Virus record (IMG/VR): IMGVR_UViG_3300035104_000010
Coordinates: 1 to 32,645 of that record
DNA: 32,645 nucleotides
Origin: a virus
Direction: 5' to 3' (one strand)
Shown in pieces: positions 32,157-32,645 of the stretch; position 1 is the stretch's first letter; each line of letters starts with the position of its first letter. Position numbers and translations under genes: made by a program. The notes under the pieces are model-generated. The model worked only from the letters and a program-made list of their open reading frames with translations. It was not told the origin of the DNA and made no database searches.

Positions 32157-32537
32157 ATGGAAAAGAGTGAAATGATGCTCAGATATGAGCAAGAGACGGG
32201 CAGGAAGAGTGTAAGGGGCATAACTGACGGTATCCATGATGTTTGGTTCGATATTTGGCATTATCAGTATCTTGCGTGGCTTGAAGCCAAGGCCACAGCC
32301 TACGACAGGCTGATGAGTGGTGGGAAGAAAACCCTGAAAGAGTGGGCTAATATCTTTGGGATGTATTTCGCTGTTGGTAAGAGTGGTGTCGGGTATGCCT
32401 ATAAATACGAGCCTTTGTTAGCGGGTAACAATTTTAGTGGTCAGTGTTTTTCTGTGATTTATCCAGAGTTCATCGACTACACCGGCGATTGGAAAGACTC
32501 CCTCACCTTGCCCGATGAATGGGAGGACAAGCAATGA
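32157..32537 (+). CDS. Hypothetical protein, N-terminal paralog of the preceding gene
   Basis: GAAGGAGAG RBS. It shares MEK(T/S)EMM...E(D/Q)ET...Y(I/L)AWLEAKA. The stop overlaps the start of the next gene across the circular junction. Confidence 0.6.
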   Translation: MEKSEMMLRYEQETGRKSVRGITDGIHDVWFDIWHYQYLAWLEAKATAYDRLMSGGKKTLKEWANIFGMYFAVGKSGVGYAYKYEPLLAGNNFSGQCFSVIYPEFIDYTGDWKDSLTLPDEWEDKQ

Positions 32538-32645
32538 AAATGGACGATGAACTGAGAGTGTATCGAGTCAAGGCCAATATTCGTGGCAAGGAAATGTACC
32601 TCGGTGAGGAAGGAGCTTTCTATCACAATGGGGATAAGGACATCA
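32519..32645. repeat. Second copy of the 127-nt terminal overlap
   Basis: Same string as 1..127. It contains the ATGA stop/start junction between the gene ending at 32537 and the gene annotated at 16..210. Confidence 0.95.

Noticed and set aside
1-32645. CRISPR arrays, integrase or lysogeny module, toxin-antitoxin pairs, transposases.
   Set aside because: No spaced direct repeats of 24-40 nt were seen in the non-coding regions, and no recombinase, transposase or CI/Cro-like ORFs were recognised. The short tandem repeat at 25989-26018 has no spacers and lies inside a gene.

Overview
The window is a complete, circularly closed genome of a tailed dsDNA phage of about 32.5 kb. The first 127 nt (1..127) are repeated exactly at 32519..32645, so the unique length is 32,518 bp. 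Every credible gene is on the + strand, and almost all have a strong AGGAGG-type Shine-Dalgarno sequence. Modules in order: (1) an accessory island at 1-3.0 kb with a RecU-like resolvase, a non-canonical tRNA-like RNA with its own promoter and terminator, a MazG-like pyrophosphohydrolase, a Lar-like fusion protein and an HExxH protein. (2) A near-consensus promoter, a short terminated transcript and a second promoter that places the small terminase ATG at the predicted +1, making the mRNA leaderless. (3) Packaging and head genes at 3.1-9.5 kb: TerS, PBSX-type TerL, portal, Mu-F/SPP1 gp7-like protein, scaffold and P22-coat-like MCP. (4) Neck and siphovirus tail genes at 9.5-21.2 kb: two tandem paralogous major tail proteins, a G/GT chaperone with a -1 frameshift on an A9 run, the tape measure, and fibre and host-recognition proteins carrying AT-rich swapped cassettes. 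(5) A lysis cassette at 21.3-22.9 kb with small membrane proteins and an overlapping i-/o-spanin pair, but no recognisable endolysin. (6) An early region at 23.0-25.3 kb of tiny, mostly very acidic ORFs behind near-identical promoter/operator sequences. (7) A replication and recombination module at 25.4-32.5 kb: DnaD-like organizer with internal iterons, DnaC/DnaI-like loader, Sak4-like ATPase, PD-(D/E)XK exonuclease, SSB, YopX and HNH. No integrase, CI-type repressor, reverse transcriptase or CRISPR array was seen. Firmicute-type replication genes together with a lipoprotein spanin pair suggest a diderm Firmicute (Negativicutes-like) host. All calls come from reading the sequence and from motif memory; no searches were run.
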